Source: an uncultured virus (IMG/VR IMGVR_UViG_3300025617_000900) (taxonomy: Duplodnaviria > Heunggongvirae > Uroviricota > Caudoviricetes). Taken from it: a stretch of 57,495 bases of DNA. Location of the stretch: the IMG/VR virus record IMGVR_UViG_3300025617_000900; one strand, written 5' to 3'. The notes beneath the pieces are model-generated. The model had not been told where the DNA came from. It searched no databases and saw nothing but the letters and a program-made list of their open reading frames with translations. A program made the translations under genes and the position numbers. Within the stretch, counting starts at the first letter, position 1. Each line of letters starts with the position of its first letter. Shown here one piece after another: positions 1 through 8,962 of this stretch.

Positions 1-1118
1 TACGGCAAAAATTCTTCTTTTGGTAAAATCATCATATCATACTGTAAAGGTTCTTTTAAATACGGTGTGTCAAATCTAATGCGCCGGCCATATCCTCCTG
101 GATTCATTGTTGGTTGATATTTTGTTCGCCAGTCTAAAATCTTTTGTAAAAAATCTGTAAACGAAGTCACACTTAAAATATTAAATGTACACATAATACT
201 AACAGGTGCATTTGTAGTTGCTATATAGGTTTCTAAATTTTGTTCCCACAACTCTGTTTTAAGTCCAGTACGAATATATTCGGCTTTTTTGCCCCAAGAG
301 TCTAAACTTGAAAATAATTTAAAGTTTTTAATCTTTTTATTTTCCACTAGGCTTTTTACATTTGTTGCTAGTTTTTCTACAAGTGCTGGCTTAACACCTA
401 GATTGCTATTTAAATTTAATTCTAATTTAGGCTTTGCTTCTTCTTGTAAAAGGTCAAATAGTCTCCAAGTACTACGGTGCATCAAAGGTTCGCCGCCGGT
501 GAGACGTAAAATGTTTAGTGTTTTACTAACTTCTGGCCACCATTTCCACCAAGCAGCAATATACGGATTTTCTTCTTCAGCATATGGTTTAAACCAGTCA
601 ACATTTAATGTATGATTTTTAACTGGCATTGGCCCGTGTTTTTTTATTTCTGCATCATACGAACTACTTGCCATAGGATGACAGTATCCACATTTAAAAT
701 TACATTCGTTACTAAACGCCAATTCAATATATTCAGGATTAATATTAAAATCCCAAGGACTATTAACAATTTCTTCTAATCTATGCTGATTATAAATGCC
801 TGCATTACGTTCGTGCCTATCACTAATATGTGTATCACTAAGACCTTCAACATTCCAGCAGTATTGACAGCCTTTGGGCTTTTCGCCTACCAGCATTAAA
901 GCACGTTCTTTTTTCTTTTCTATCGTATTATGAAGTGCAGAAGGATCCTTTTCAATTTCTTCAAGAGGTATATGATGAGGTGCTGGATGATAACAACTAT
1001 GTGTGTCACCAGTATGCAAATAAATTGTAGTATGATGCCACTTTGCTAAACAGAAAGTAGGACTAATCTTATTTGTAATCTCTTTAGTTTGTGTTATTCT
1101 GTCAGTTTCATTACTCAT
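1..1118 (-). CDS. Radical SAM protein with N-terminal SPASM/twitch-like Cys cluster (3' end runs off the window)
   Basis: Not in the ORF track; translated by hand from ATG at 1118, which overlaps the upstream TGA (ATGA). Sequence reads MSNETDRITQTK..FCLAKW..HSCYHP..GCQYCW..ELAFSNECNFKCGYCHP..RLTGGEPL, containing the CxxxCxxC and GGEP motifs. Confidence 0.88.
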   Translation of the reverse strand, partial: MSNETDRITQTKEITNKISPTFCLAKWHHTTIYLHTGDTHSCYHPAPHHIPLEEIEKDPSALHNTIEKKKERALMLVGEKPKGCQYCWNVEGLSDTHISDRHERNAGIYNQHRLEEIVNSPWDFNINPEYIELAFSNECNFKCGYCHPMASSSYDAEIKKHGPMPVKNHTLNVDWFKPYAEEENPYIAAWWKWWPEVSKTLNILRLTGGEPLMHRSTWRLFDLLQEEAKPKLELNLNSNLGVKPALVEKLATNVKSLVENKKIKNFKLFSSLDSWGKKAEYIRTGLKTELWEQNLETYIATTNAPVSIMCTFNILSVTSFTDFLQKILDWRTKYQPTMNPGGYGRRIRFDTPYLKEPLQYDMMILPKEEFLP

Positions 1119-2032
1119 AGTTTTTCTATAAACCTTTGATTGTCAGTTCTTGACGGATGCTGGTACACTGCTTTAAAAAATTTACTTTGCTGTGCATCTA
1201 ATGGTTGTTCTGCGATAGGTATATCTAGTTGACTGATTAACTTAATACCGTATTCTTCAATTTCATAATCGACATCTTCAATTGATTCAAACGACACTTT
1301 CCATAAATCGTTCAAGTATTCAAAGTCACGTACTTGCACGTAATCCCAGTCTGTACACATTGTCATATACAATCCTGCTCGTGTTCCAAGTATTGCCCAG
1401 TCACCGTTTTCTACATCTTTGCCTATCATACTCCATATGTATAGCCAGTGCAAGCAACGCCAGTGATTATTCTTTAGTTCTTCTTTTGAAATTCTTACGC
1501 CGCGATCAGTTGCAAGTTTAACACCTTCTCTAAAACCTGCTCTCCATGCTTGTGCAGGAGTTTCGTTGTTGTACACGTCAGAATAACAACTATTCATTTG
1601 AATGTATTGTGCATCCCAGCAAAAGTCTACTTGAGCATGTGCATTATCAGGGTCTGCATTTTCATGTGTTTTCATATTCAATACATACTCACGAGGCCAA
1701 CATTTAAGTCCGCCGTTGCCGTACATTAGTCCATTAATCTCATTACGGCCGCACCAGCTGATAACAGTATTTTTCAAATCTGCATGTTCATCGAAGTCAA
1801 TTTCTTGATTTAAAAAATCTTCACGTATACGGTTGTCACCGTCTACTGTAATAAATCTATCTGTCTCGCTTAGTTCTGCACAAGCTTTGTGTGCGGCGTC
1901 TGAGCCTTCTACACCGTGTACACGTTTAGCCCACGGAACTTTTTTACACAAGTCAGCGTAGTTTTTTTCTGCATTAGGTTCGTCATAACTAAGATAGATA
2001 ATATCGTAGTCAATTGGTTTAAATTTTGCCAT
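1115..2032 (-). CDS. Glycosyltransferase-like protein (GT-A fold)
   Basis: 305 aa with DIIYLSYDEP N-terminal strand and FITVDGD DxD motif; lies in an overlapping-gene operon with other GT-like genes. Confidence 0.6.
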   Translation of the reverse strand: MAKFKPIDYDIIYLSYDEPNAEKNYADLCKKVPWAKRVHGVEGSDAAHKACAELSETDRFITVDGDNRIREDFLNQEIDFDEHADLKNTVISWCGRNEINGLMYGNGGLKCWPREYVLNMKTHENADPDNAHAQVDFCWDAQYIQMNSCYSDVYNNETPAQAWRAGFREGVKLATDRGVRISKEELKNNHWRCLHWLYIWSMIGKDVENGDWAILGTRAGLYMTMCTDWDYVQVRDFEYLNDLWKVSFESIEDVDYEIEEYGIKLISQLDIPIAEQPLDAQQSKFFKAVYQHPSRTDNQRFIEKL

Positions 2033-3372
2033 TATATAATCTCATGAGCATAACTTTCAAAATATTTTGCTGTGTATATACTTACATCAGTATCACTACT
2101 TTCAGACTCGAATATGAACGGAATTGCCGTTAGACTATCTGATAATAATTCTCCAACAGTAAATTCTAGACTTCTAAAAAGTACATTTGGATCATATTTT
2201 GATGTTACACTAAAATATAATACTTCCGTAGGTTTATATCCACTAGTTAATAGGAATTTTTTAGTATGTGGATTTAATAAAATACTCCAATAATTTCCAA
2301 AAGTGTTTTGTTGAATAATTATGTCGTATTCTTTATCAACTTGTACTTGATGAAGTTGTTTTCCTGATAGAATAATTTGTCCATTTTTTAAATTTACCGG
2401 CATATGCAAGTCTAATTGTATATCTCGATATGTAATTTTTTCAGTTAAGTCAACTAAATCAACTTCTGCACACATATCATCAACATAATACAAAAGTGTA
2501 GTAGGATTAGAATAGAAAAAGATACTTGTTTTATCTTTACTAAAATCCTGCATTACAAGTTGTATGCTGTATATACTGTTATCGTTAAGTACAACGTCTC
2601 CAGGAGTAATAGTTTTAACTACCGGAAGTTTTTTATTTGCATCTGAATATAATTTTACATTGCTAACAACAATTTCTGCATTATCCATAGTAAATTCAGT
2701 ATATGCTGGTTGATCTTCTAAGAGTCTATAAACTACTCCGTTAATCCAAACATGCTGTCCTGACAAATGAGATAATTCCTTATACCAAACATCTACGTGT
2801 ATACCCACGTATTCTGGAATCATGGTTAGTTTTTCTGCTGAATGGGTTTGTGTAGGCAACGAAGTTATTAGTACGTCCTCTACAAAAAGAATATGTTCAT
2901 CTTTGTCAAATACCTCAGAAGGAACTAGATCTGTCTTTAATTTATAAACATTATCTTTAAACCAAACACACTGGTTTTTACTATAACTATGATTATCGTT
3001 ATACATATAAATGTCAACACCATCGTAAACTTTTTCTATAGAAAAATGCTCATCATGTGTATGCTTAATTACAGGCAATTGATAACACATTGTATCAGCT
3101 GTTCGATGAGAGTCGTCGTATGCTACTTCTTTTAGTCTTATTTCTTTAACACTGACATCATAAAAAATAGCATACTCATCTGTACGGCGTTCGCCAGTAA
3201 GTATAGACTGAACTTCGTTCGTATCAATAGGAAAAATCTTGTACTCTTCATCAGGAATATTCTTACTGCTAATTTTGTATATTTTTCCGTTATCGCTGTC
3301 ATAATAGACATAGGATTTTGTCCTATCACTGCTAACTTGTATTCTTTTAATTAAATTTTGTAAATCAGACAT
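2032..3372 (-). CDS. Hypothetical protein with internal GxxVW/VY repeats
   Basis: 446-aa ORF overlapping both neighbours; repeated short beta-motifs (YSKNQCVWFKDNVYKL, LSGQHVWINGVVYRL). Confidence 0.7.
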   Translation of the reverse strand: MSDLQNLIKRIQVSSDRTKSYVYYDSDNGKIYKISSKNIPDEEYKIFPIDTNEVQSILTGERRTDEYAIFYDVSVKEIRLKEVAYDDSHRTADTMCYQLPVIKHTHDEHFSIEKVYDGVDIYMYNDNHSYSKNQCVWFKDNVYKLKTDLVPSEVFDKDEHILFVEDVLITSLPTQTHSAEKLTMIPEYVGIHVDVWYKELSHLSGQHVWINGVVYRLLEDQPAYTEFTMDNAEIVVSNVKLYSDANKKLPVVKTITPGDVVLNDNSIYSIQLVMQDFSKDKTSIFFYSNPTTLLYYVDDMCAEVDLVDLTEKITYRDIQLDLHMPVNLKNGQIILSGKQLHQVQVDKEYDIIIQQNTFGNYWSILLNPHTKKFLLTSGYKPTEVLYFSVTSKYDPNVLFRSLEFTVGELLSDSLTAIPFIFESESSDTDVSIYTAKYFESYAHEII

Positions 3373-4207
3373 TTGTTAGACTCCTGTATCTTTCTATTGC
3401 AGGCGATTTTGTTACGAAGTCATTTTCAGTATAGTGCAGAATTCCTGTTTGTGCATAATTGCCTATTTTTATACTACCATCTTTAGAAATATACACACCT
3501 ACACGATCTTGCCAGCTAGATTGTATTTCATTCCATCCTTGGCAGTAAGGTTTCATATGTGTAAAATTAGGAAACTTAGCAATTTTATTTGTAATTGCAT
3601 CTTCACAATCTAGTATACTAGTAACGATAGCAGCACATACATCAATACTTAGATGTGTAGGGCGAGATGTAGCCACTAAATGTTGTTCGTAAAACGCTTG
3701 CCAATTGTTTACTATTAGTTCTAACCAAGCATAAAACTCTTGTGCAAATTTGCATTTCTTAAAATAATGAAATCCGCTAAACAAGTTTGGTAAATTGTTT
3801 TCTATAAATGTTTTTCTATAGTAACTAGTATCTGCTGCTTCGCCTCTATAATTTAGTACATTGCTAACAAAAAACATTTCATAATTAGACAAAAACTTCC
3901 ACCACATGTCAATGTTTTGTAACACTAACATATCTGTATCCATTACAATTGTTTCGTCATACGGACTAGCATGATATAATTTCCATCTATTTTCAATTTT
4001 CCAGTCAGTGTCTTTGGCTGCATCGTTAAACGGAATAGGAATAATTTTATCAAAGAGTTTTTGATATTCTTCTGGCACAATATTATTTGTTACTAAACTA
4101 ATAGGAGTATCATTATGCGCTCGTAAACTCATTGCTAATAATGATGCTTGTTCAACGTAGTTGTCTATTTCATTATTTTGCGCAAGAACCATTATACCTT
4201 TACTCAC
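3365..4207 (-). CDS. Glycosyltransferase-like protein (GT8/mannosyltransferase-like GT-A)
   Basis: 280 aa; SPYDETIVMDTDML DxD motif, FSGFHYF and terminal ILHY; paralog of 4200..5051. Confidence 0.7.
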   Translation of the reverse strand: MSKGIMVLAQNNEIDNYVEQASLLAMSLRAHNDTPISLVTNNIVPEEYQKLFDKIIPIPFNDAAKDTDWKIENRWKLYHASPYDETIVMDTDMLVLQNIDMWWKFLSNYEMFFVSNVLNYRGEAADTSYYRKTFIENNLPNLFSGFHYFKKCKFAQEFYAWLELIVNNWQAFYEQHLVATSRPTHLSIDVCAAIVTSILDCEDAITNKIAKFPNFTHMKPYCQGWNEIQSSWQDRVGVYISKDGSIKIGNYAQTGILHYTENDFVTKSPAIERYRSLTNV

Positions 4208-5051
4208 CAGTGAACTCCTTATCGATAATTCTATTAAGACTAATTTTATTCATGACATGAATTGTTTGTCCTTGTGTTTTTAATGCTGTGTATTCTCCAA
4301 GATAGTCTTCCTTTTCTACTAAAAACAGCATTTCATCATCTACAAGTTTCCACAAAATGTCTTTATCTGTAGTATACAACATAGTTCCTGGTAGTTGTTG
4401 TGCAAAATCTCCCTTTGTAAAGCCATTTAACATATGTATAGCGATACTAAATGCAAAATCATTCCTAAACAAACTAGAAGTAATTTGATATGCCCTTCTA
4501 TAATGATTCCATTCTTGCTCTATATGAGCAACAAGATCAAAAAACACTTTGTTTATTTCTGTTTTTCTAAAAAACACAACAGTAGCCCAGTAAAAGTCGA
4601 CACTAGGATCACTTATTTTATCAAATTCAGTTTCGTCTCTAACTTTTGCAATATCGCTGGAGTTTTTATAAATTAAAAAATCTGAGGTAGAATTAAAACA
4701 ATCTTTCAACAAACTGTTTGATACAATATAATCTGTATCCATTAATAGAGTTTCGTCATATGGCGTAAGGTCATATACACTTGCACGATTATTATTTTTA
4801 AAGTTAGCTGTTTTTTTAGTCAAGCCGCCGTCGAAAAAATATCGCATATTAGATGCGCTGGTATACTCTAATTCGATAATATTATCAAAGTCATCAGTGC
4901 CGAATGTTGTGGTTAGATATTCAGCACTATCAGTAGCAACTGTTACCGGAATATCTAAATATTTTTTTATACGCTTTGCAAGAAATACTGCTTGTTTAAC
5001 ATAGTCAATATGTCCATTATTTCGTGCAATTAAAAATACACCTTTACTCAT
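4200..5051 (-). CDS. Glycosyltransferase-like protein (GT8/mannosyltransferase-like GT-A)
   Basis: 283 aa; TPYDETLLMDTDY DxD motif, FRNDFAFS and HVMNK; paralog of 3365..4207. Confidence 0.7.
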   Translation of the reverse strand: MSKGVFLIARNNGHIDYVKQAVFLAKRIKKYLDIPVTVATDSAEYLTTTFGTDDFDNIIELEYTSASNMRYFFDGGLTKKTANFKNNNRASVYDLTPYDETLLMDTDYIVSNSLLKDCFNSTSDFLIYKNSSDIAKVRDETEFDKISDPSVDFYWATVVFFRKTEINKVFFDLVAHIEQEWNHYRRAYQITSSLFRNDFAFSIAIHMLNGFTKGDFAQQLPGTMLYTTDKDILWKLVDDEMLFLVEKEDYLGEYTALKTQGQTIHVMNKISLNRIIDKEFTGE

Positions 5052-5394
5052 AATTGACTAGTTTCTCTACACTTCTATTCTTTTTAAGTTTAGCATATGC
5101 AGTATAATAGCTGTTAGATGCTACAGTGTATTTGTTTATAATTTCGCCATAAAATTCTTCAAGATTTTCAATCATACACGGAATATTATTGTCATCAGTA
5201 ATTACAACTTCGTCTTGATCAGCAGATACCATTGCACTTACAAAGGTAATTAGTTCACGAGTAAGCGTAAACTGTGATCCTTTGTAAAAATGAATTAATT
5301 CTTCTTGATATTTTTCTGCTAACAGTCTTTTTTGATTATTGAGGGTTAGCATATAATTAGAAAAGTCTAGTGCTTTTTCTAAACGTTCGTCCAT
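5044..5394 (-). CDS. Hypothetical phage protein
   Basis: 116-aa ORF with AGGAG RBS and an upstream sigma70-type promoter; first gene of the GT/radical SAM operon. Confidence 0.75.
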   Translation of the reverse strand: MDERLEKALDFSNYMLTLNNQKRLLAEKYQEELIHFYKGSQFTLTRELITFVSAMVSADQDEVVITDDNNIPCMIENLEEFYGEIINKYTVASNSYYTAYAKLKKNRSVEKLVNYE

Positions 5395-5420
5395 AGTTAA
5401 ACTCCTAGTTTATTGTTACT

Positions 5421-5449
5421 AGTATATATTAAGTTTTAGGATTTGTCAA
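5421..5449 (-). promoter_or_regulatory. sigma70-type promoter TTGACA-N17-TATACT
   Basis: Minus strand TTGACA (5449-5444), 17-nt spacer, TATACT (5426-5421), upstream of the ATG at 5394. Confidence 0.8.
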
Positions 5450-5460
5450 GTGGAGTTTGG

Positions 5461-6444
5461 TTAAGAAAGGGTACGTATAGTAGTACCTACAGGTACATTA
5501 TCAATCACAACTGCATCGTGTAATACACCATTGATTGTTACTTGGCTATCAGGAGTCGCTGTTTCTACAACACTATTAAATGTTCCAAATACCGGTTCGT
5601 CGATGCCATAAGTAGGATCATTTGGCGCACCATCTACAAATTCTACTTTAAATTGTATAGCAGACGTATCATCTCCTGTGGCATATTCAGCAGCGTATAT
5701 ATTATATCTATTTCTAGCATACACTGCTCCGCCTGTTCTAGAATACAACAACTGATAACTTGATGTTAGATCATAATTTCCAAGATTTGATCCAGTACCA
5801 ATTCCTGCATTATTAATAGTTTCTGTTGCCTTAAAGCTCGTCGAACCCATTGCATTTAATATCGATTGCCAATCAACTGTTTTAGCTTGACTTCCTGTAT
5901 AACCTACATTAGCACTAATTCTAATTTGGCCTCCGGCATTGAAAAAGTGTCTGCGTTCAATAGCAGTATTAAATGTTATTGTAAAAATGTGAGAAATAGC
6001 ACTAACCCAGGTAGTTGTATCTGGGCGTGTGCTGGATGCTGCTGAGACTGCTGCAATTGTTAAATTATTAGGATCTACAATTAATTTATCTGTATTAATA
6101 TTAGTTGCTAAAGATTCTAACCCTTGTACATACGCTTCTTCAATTTTGTCAGCGTTTGCCAAGTTTGTGTCGTAATCTCCAATTACAAATTCATCAATTG
6201 TAACGGCGGCGCCCACTTGGTGGAATCTAGTTCTTACTAAGTCAATATATAAATCTTCATAATCTTGAGCAGTAATTTTATCAGCATCGGCTGGAGAAGT
6301 TACCGAACGTGTACCAACTACGCTATTAGTGCTGAATAATTGCCCGTAACCAAACTCAGGAGAGGCAGTATTAGATTCACCTAGAATTAAATTTACATTA
6401 TCTCGGAGAGTATTATATCTACTGGCTAATATTGTTGTTGGCAT
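5461..6444 (-). CDS. Virion structural/tail-fibre-associated protein (paralog of 6506..7429)
   Basis: Shares GYGQ, R.HQVG and RxFFNxGGxIR motifs with the adjacent gene. ATG at 6444, alternative TTG at 6447; late promoter motif upstream. Confidence 0.65.
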   Translation of the reverse strand: MPTTILASRYNTLRDNVNLILGESNTASPEFGYGQLFSTNSVVGTRSVTSPADADKITAQDYEDLYIDLVRTRFHQVGAAVTIDEFVIGDYDTNLANADKIEEAYVQGLESLATNINTDKLIVDPNNLTIAAVSAASSTRPDTTTWVSAISHIFTITFNTAIERRHFFNAGGQIRISANVGYTGSQAKTVDWQSILNAMGSTSFKATETINNAGIGTGSNLGNYDLTSSYQLLYSRTGGAVYARNRYNIYAAEYATGDDTSAIQFKVEFVDGAPNDPTYGIDEPVFGTFNSVVETATPDSQVTINGVLHDAVVIDNVPVGTTIRTLS

Positions 6445-6468
6445 CAATTATCTCTTTACTGTTAAGTA

Positions 6469-6475
6469 TATTTAT
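6469..6475 (-). promoter_or_regulatory. Putative late promoter (A)TAAATA
   Basis: Resembles the T4 late promoter TATAAATA; the motif recurs upstream of many structural genes in this window. Confidence 0.6.
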
Positions 6476-6505
6476 TTAAAAAATATTTAGAAAATTAAAT
6501 GCTGA

Positions 6506-7429
6506 TTATGTCAATGTCTGACTATTAAAATATGCAGGAGCAGGAACTGTTACGTCACCGTTAGCACGGTAATGTTGTAGTACACTTTCTAGTCTGCCGT
6601 CAACATTATTGTCAATGTTGTTATCAAACACTACATCATTGAACTCAACTCTAAAAATAATACGTGTATCGATATCCGAACGTGCTTTAACAGTGTAAAT
6701 ATTGCCTGCGTATATTGCACTATATGTGCCTGATCCTATTTTTTGATATATATCTTGATACGAGGCTGTTAAACTATAGTTGCCAATTGATGTGCCGCCG
6801 CCTGTTGTTGAAGTTGTAGAGTCTGAACCAAATTTAATTGTTCCTACTTGAGAACATAACTGGCTCCAATCTAGACCTTTAGGAGTACTTGCGCTAGTGT
6901 TATTAGCACTTAATCTAATTTCTCCGCCTGTGTTAAAAAAGAATCGTCTAGCAGATGCAGAAGAGAAAGTAACTTGAATTTCGTGTACTATTAACCCGTT
7001 CCAAGAACTTGATCTTACATTAGATATACCAGGTTCTAAAGCAGCTTGACTAGGATGTATCAATGCTTTATCTGCTTGCACCTGTGTCATTAAATTTTCA
7101 AAATCTACAATTCCTTTTTTAATACCGTCTGGATCAATTGATGTTACGCCATCATTATCTATAAAAGAACTTGTATTTTCAGCAACAATATTTAAATTTT
7201 GTAAAACTTCAGCAATTCCAATATCGCCAGGACCTACTTGGTGTACTCTTGCTTTAAGAATGTCAGTATAAATGGCATTCATATCCGCTGCTTCAACTAC
7301 ATCACCTGTATTAGAAACTGGAACACTAGTAACTACTTGTCCGTATCCGTTTTGTCCGGAGCCATTGCCTAATATAAGTGCAATGCTTGATTGCAAGTTG
7401 TTAATTCGTGCTGCTGTAATATCTGCCAT
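6506..7429 (-). CDS. Virion structural/tail-fibre-associated protein
   Basis: 307 aa; RRFFFNTGGEIRLS motif; paralog of the downstream gene; lies in the tail fibre cluster. Confidence 0.65.
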   Translation of the reverse strand: MADITAARINNLQSSIALILGNGSGQNGYGQVVTSVPVSNTGDVVEAADMNAIYTDILKARVHQVGPGDIGIAEVLQNLNIVAENTSSFIDNDGVTSIDPDGIKKGIVDFENLMTQVQADKALIHPSQAALEPGISNVRSSSWNGLIVHEIQVTFSSASARRFFFNTGGEIRLSANNTSASTPKGLDWSQLCSQVGTIKFGSDSTTSTTGGGTSIGNYSLTASYQDIYQKIGSGTYSAIYAGNIYTVKARSDIDTRIIFRVEFNDVVFDNNIDNNVDGRLESVLQHYRANGDVTVPAPAYFNSQTLT

Positions 7430-7438
7430 GATGATTCC

Positions 7439-8923
7439 TTAAACTTTTAGTACACATTCTACTAGTTTTTCGCCCTCATCGCTGTTGCTTTCTAATGCAA
7501 CACCAACTAAACTGCCGCCGTTAATTTCTGTGCTTGCACAACCATTAGCGTTGACATAAACTGCTTGCCCTTTCTTAACTGCACCTATAATGCGAACTGG
7601 TAAGCGCCCTTTAAGACCAATGTATTGACCTTCTGCTTCACTGTTCATCATTACAGCTGGATCCGTTGATACAACACCAATTGCAATTGCGCCTACACTT
7701 GCTGCTTCAACTTCGTGATCTTCGTGTGCGCACACTGTAACTACTGTACCTGGCGCTAGTTCTTCGCCTGTTGAATACTTTTCTGCAAGGTCAGCATAAC
7801 GTGCTTGTGTTGCAACACCTTGGAATAAGTTTGCTGCTATGTTTCCTGTTGCATCTCTAACTGCTACTGTATTATTAGTTGCGCTCGAACTTGCACTACG
7901 GAAATCGCTACCCACTCTTAGTGTAGCAGCTTTAGTTGCTTCGCCTGTAAAGTTAGCAGCATAAACATTTGACCATCCTAGGCTAGCACTGCCTAATGTA
8001 AATGTGTTGTCTGCTGCTGGTACAAATCCAGTTGATGTAACTGTGGCAACATGTGTTAGTACACCTGCGCCACTGGTAACTTTTAATTTAATTACACCAT
8101 TGTTAGTAATATTTTGGATTATGCCATCAAATCCATTAGTATCTATTTTAACTTGGAAATCGTTCGATTCACCAATTAACGCTCCTTCGTCTGGAAATTC
8201 AACTGCACTAGTAAATACTGTATTGCCTACTCCAGTTTTAACATAGTTATCTGCTGTAAATCCGCCGAGCTTTTCAGCGTTTGTTGCTGTTCCATGGAAT
8301 CTGTCTTCTCCAGTAGTAACACCAGCTGTTGCTAGTTTAGTATTACGCAGTGTAATACCTTTGTTAATTCTATCGAATCCTTGTGCAATTAATGCAGTTT
8401 CACTTGCATTTAGATCAAACTGTGTAGGACTAATAACAAAAATTGTTTCGTCTTCAATAACACTAGATATCAATCCTCTAGTAGCACTTGTAGAATCAAG
8501 AACTTCAAGGCTTTGCATTTGGGTTACGCCTTCACCTGCGTTCTGTGGTCCTATAAGTACAAAGTTTGTACCGTTATACACATAAAGTTGATCATTGCCA
8601 TTATCCCACCAAAAATCAGCAGTGGCTAATCCTGTTGGTTCTGTTGCACCTACTTCTGCTCCGCCTGTTGTACGCCATTGTGTACCATCATAAAACTTTA
8701 GTTTGCTTGTGCCACTGTCAAACCATACCTGACCGCTAATCGGTCTACTTGGCTGATTTGCTCCGCTAAAGTTTTCTAACAAAAACAAGAAGTTTTCGTT
8801 TTGAATTTCACCGTACCCTGCGTAGTTTTTACCGATGAATTTAAGGTCAGTTGTTTGATCAACTGTACCATCTTCCACTGTAGTTAACAGTGTGTTATTA
8901 TATCTGTCTATTGCATATGCCAT
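7439..8923 (-). CDS. Tail fibre protein with C-terminal peptidase G2/intramolecular-chaperone-like domain
   Basis: Shared N-terminal fibre-anchor domain (GKNYAGYGE..NENFL.LLENF..P..GQVWFD); C-terminal YADLAEKY..PGTVV..GVVST.P..LKGRLPV. Confidence 0.7.
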   Translation of the reverse strand: MAYAIDRYNNTLLTTVEDGTVDQTTDLKFIGKNYAGYGEIQNENFLFLLENFSGANQPSRPISGQVWFDSGTSKLKFYDGTQWRTTGGAEVGATEPTGLATADFWWDNGNDQLYVYNGTNFVLIGPQNAGEGVTQMQSLEVLDSTSATRGLISSVIEDETIFVISPTQFDLNASETALIAQGFDRINKGITLRNTKLATAGVTTGEDRFHGTATNAEKLGGFTADNYVKTGVGNTVFTSAVEFPDEGALIGESNDFQVKIDTNGFDGIIQNITNNGVIKLKVTSGAGVLTHVATVTSTGFVPAADNTFTLGSASLGWSNVYAANFTGEATKAATLRVGSDFRSASSSATNNTVAVRDATGNIAANLFQGVATQARYADLAEKYSTGEELAPGTVVTVCAHEDHEVEAASVGAIAIGVVSTDPAVMMNSEAEGQYIGLKGRLPVRIIGAVKKGQAVYVNANGCASTEINGGSLVGVALESNSDEGEKLVECVLKV

Positions 8924-8950
8924 TTATGTAACCCCTAGTGCTATTAGTAT

Positions 8951-8957
8951 TATTTAT
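8951..8957 (-). promoter_or_regulatory. Putative late promoter (A)TAAATA
   Basis: Motif in the intergenic spacer upstream of the ATG at 8923. Confidence 0.6.
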
Positions 8958-8962
8958 CGTTT

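Noticed and set aside
289..615. 108-aa plus-strand ORF
   Set aside because: It is antisense to the radical SAM gene, which has clear motifs; shadow ORF.
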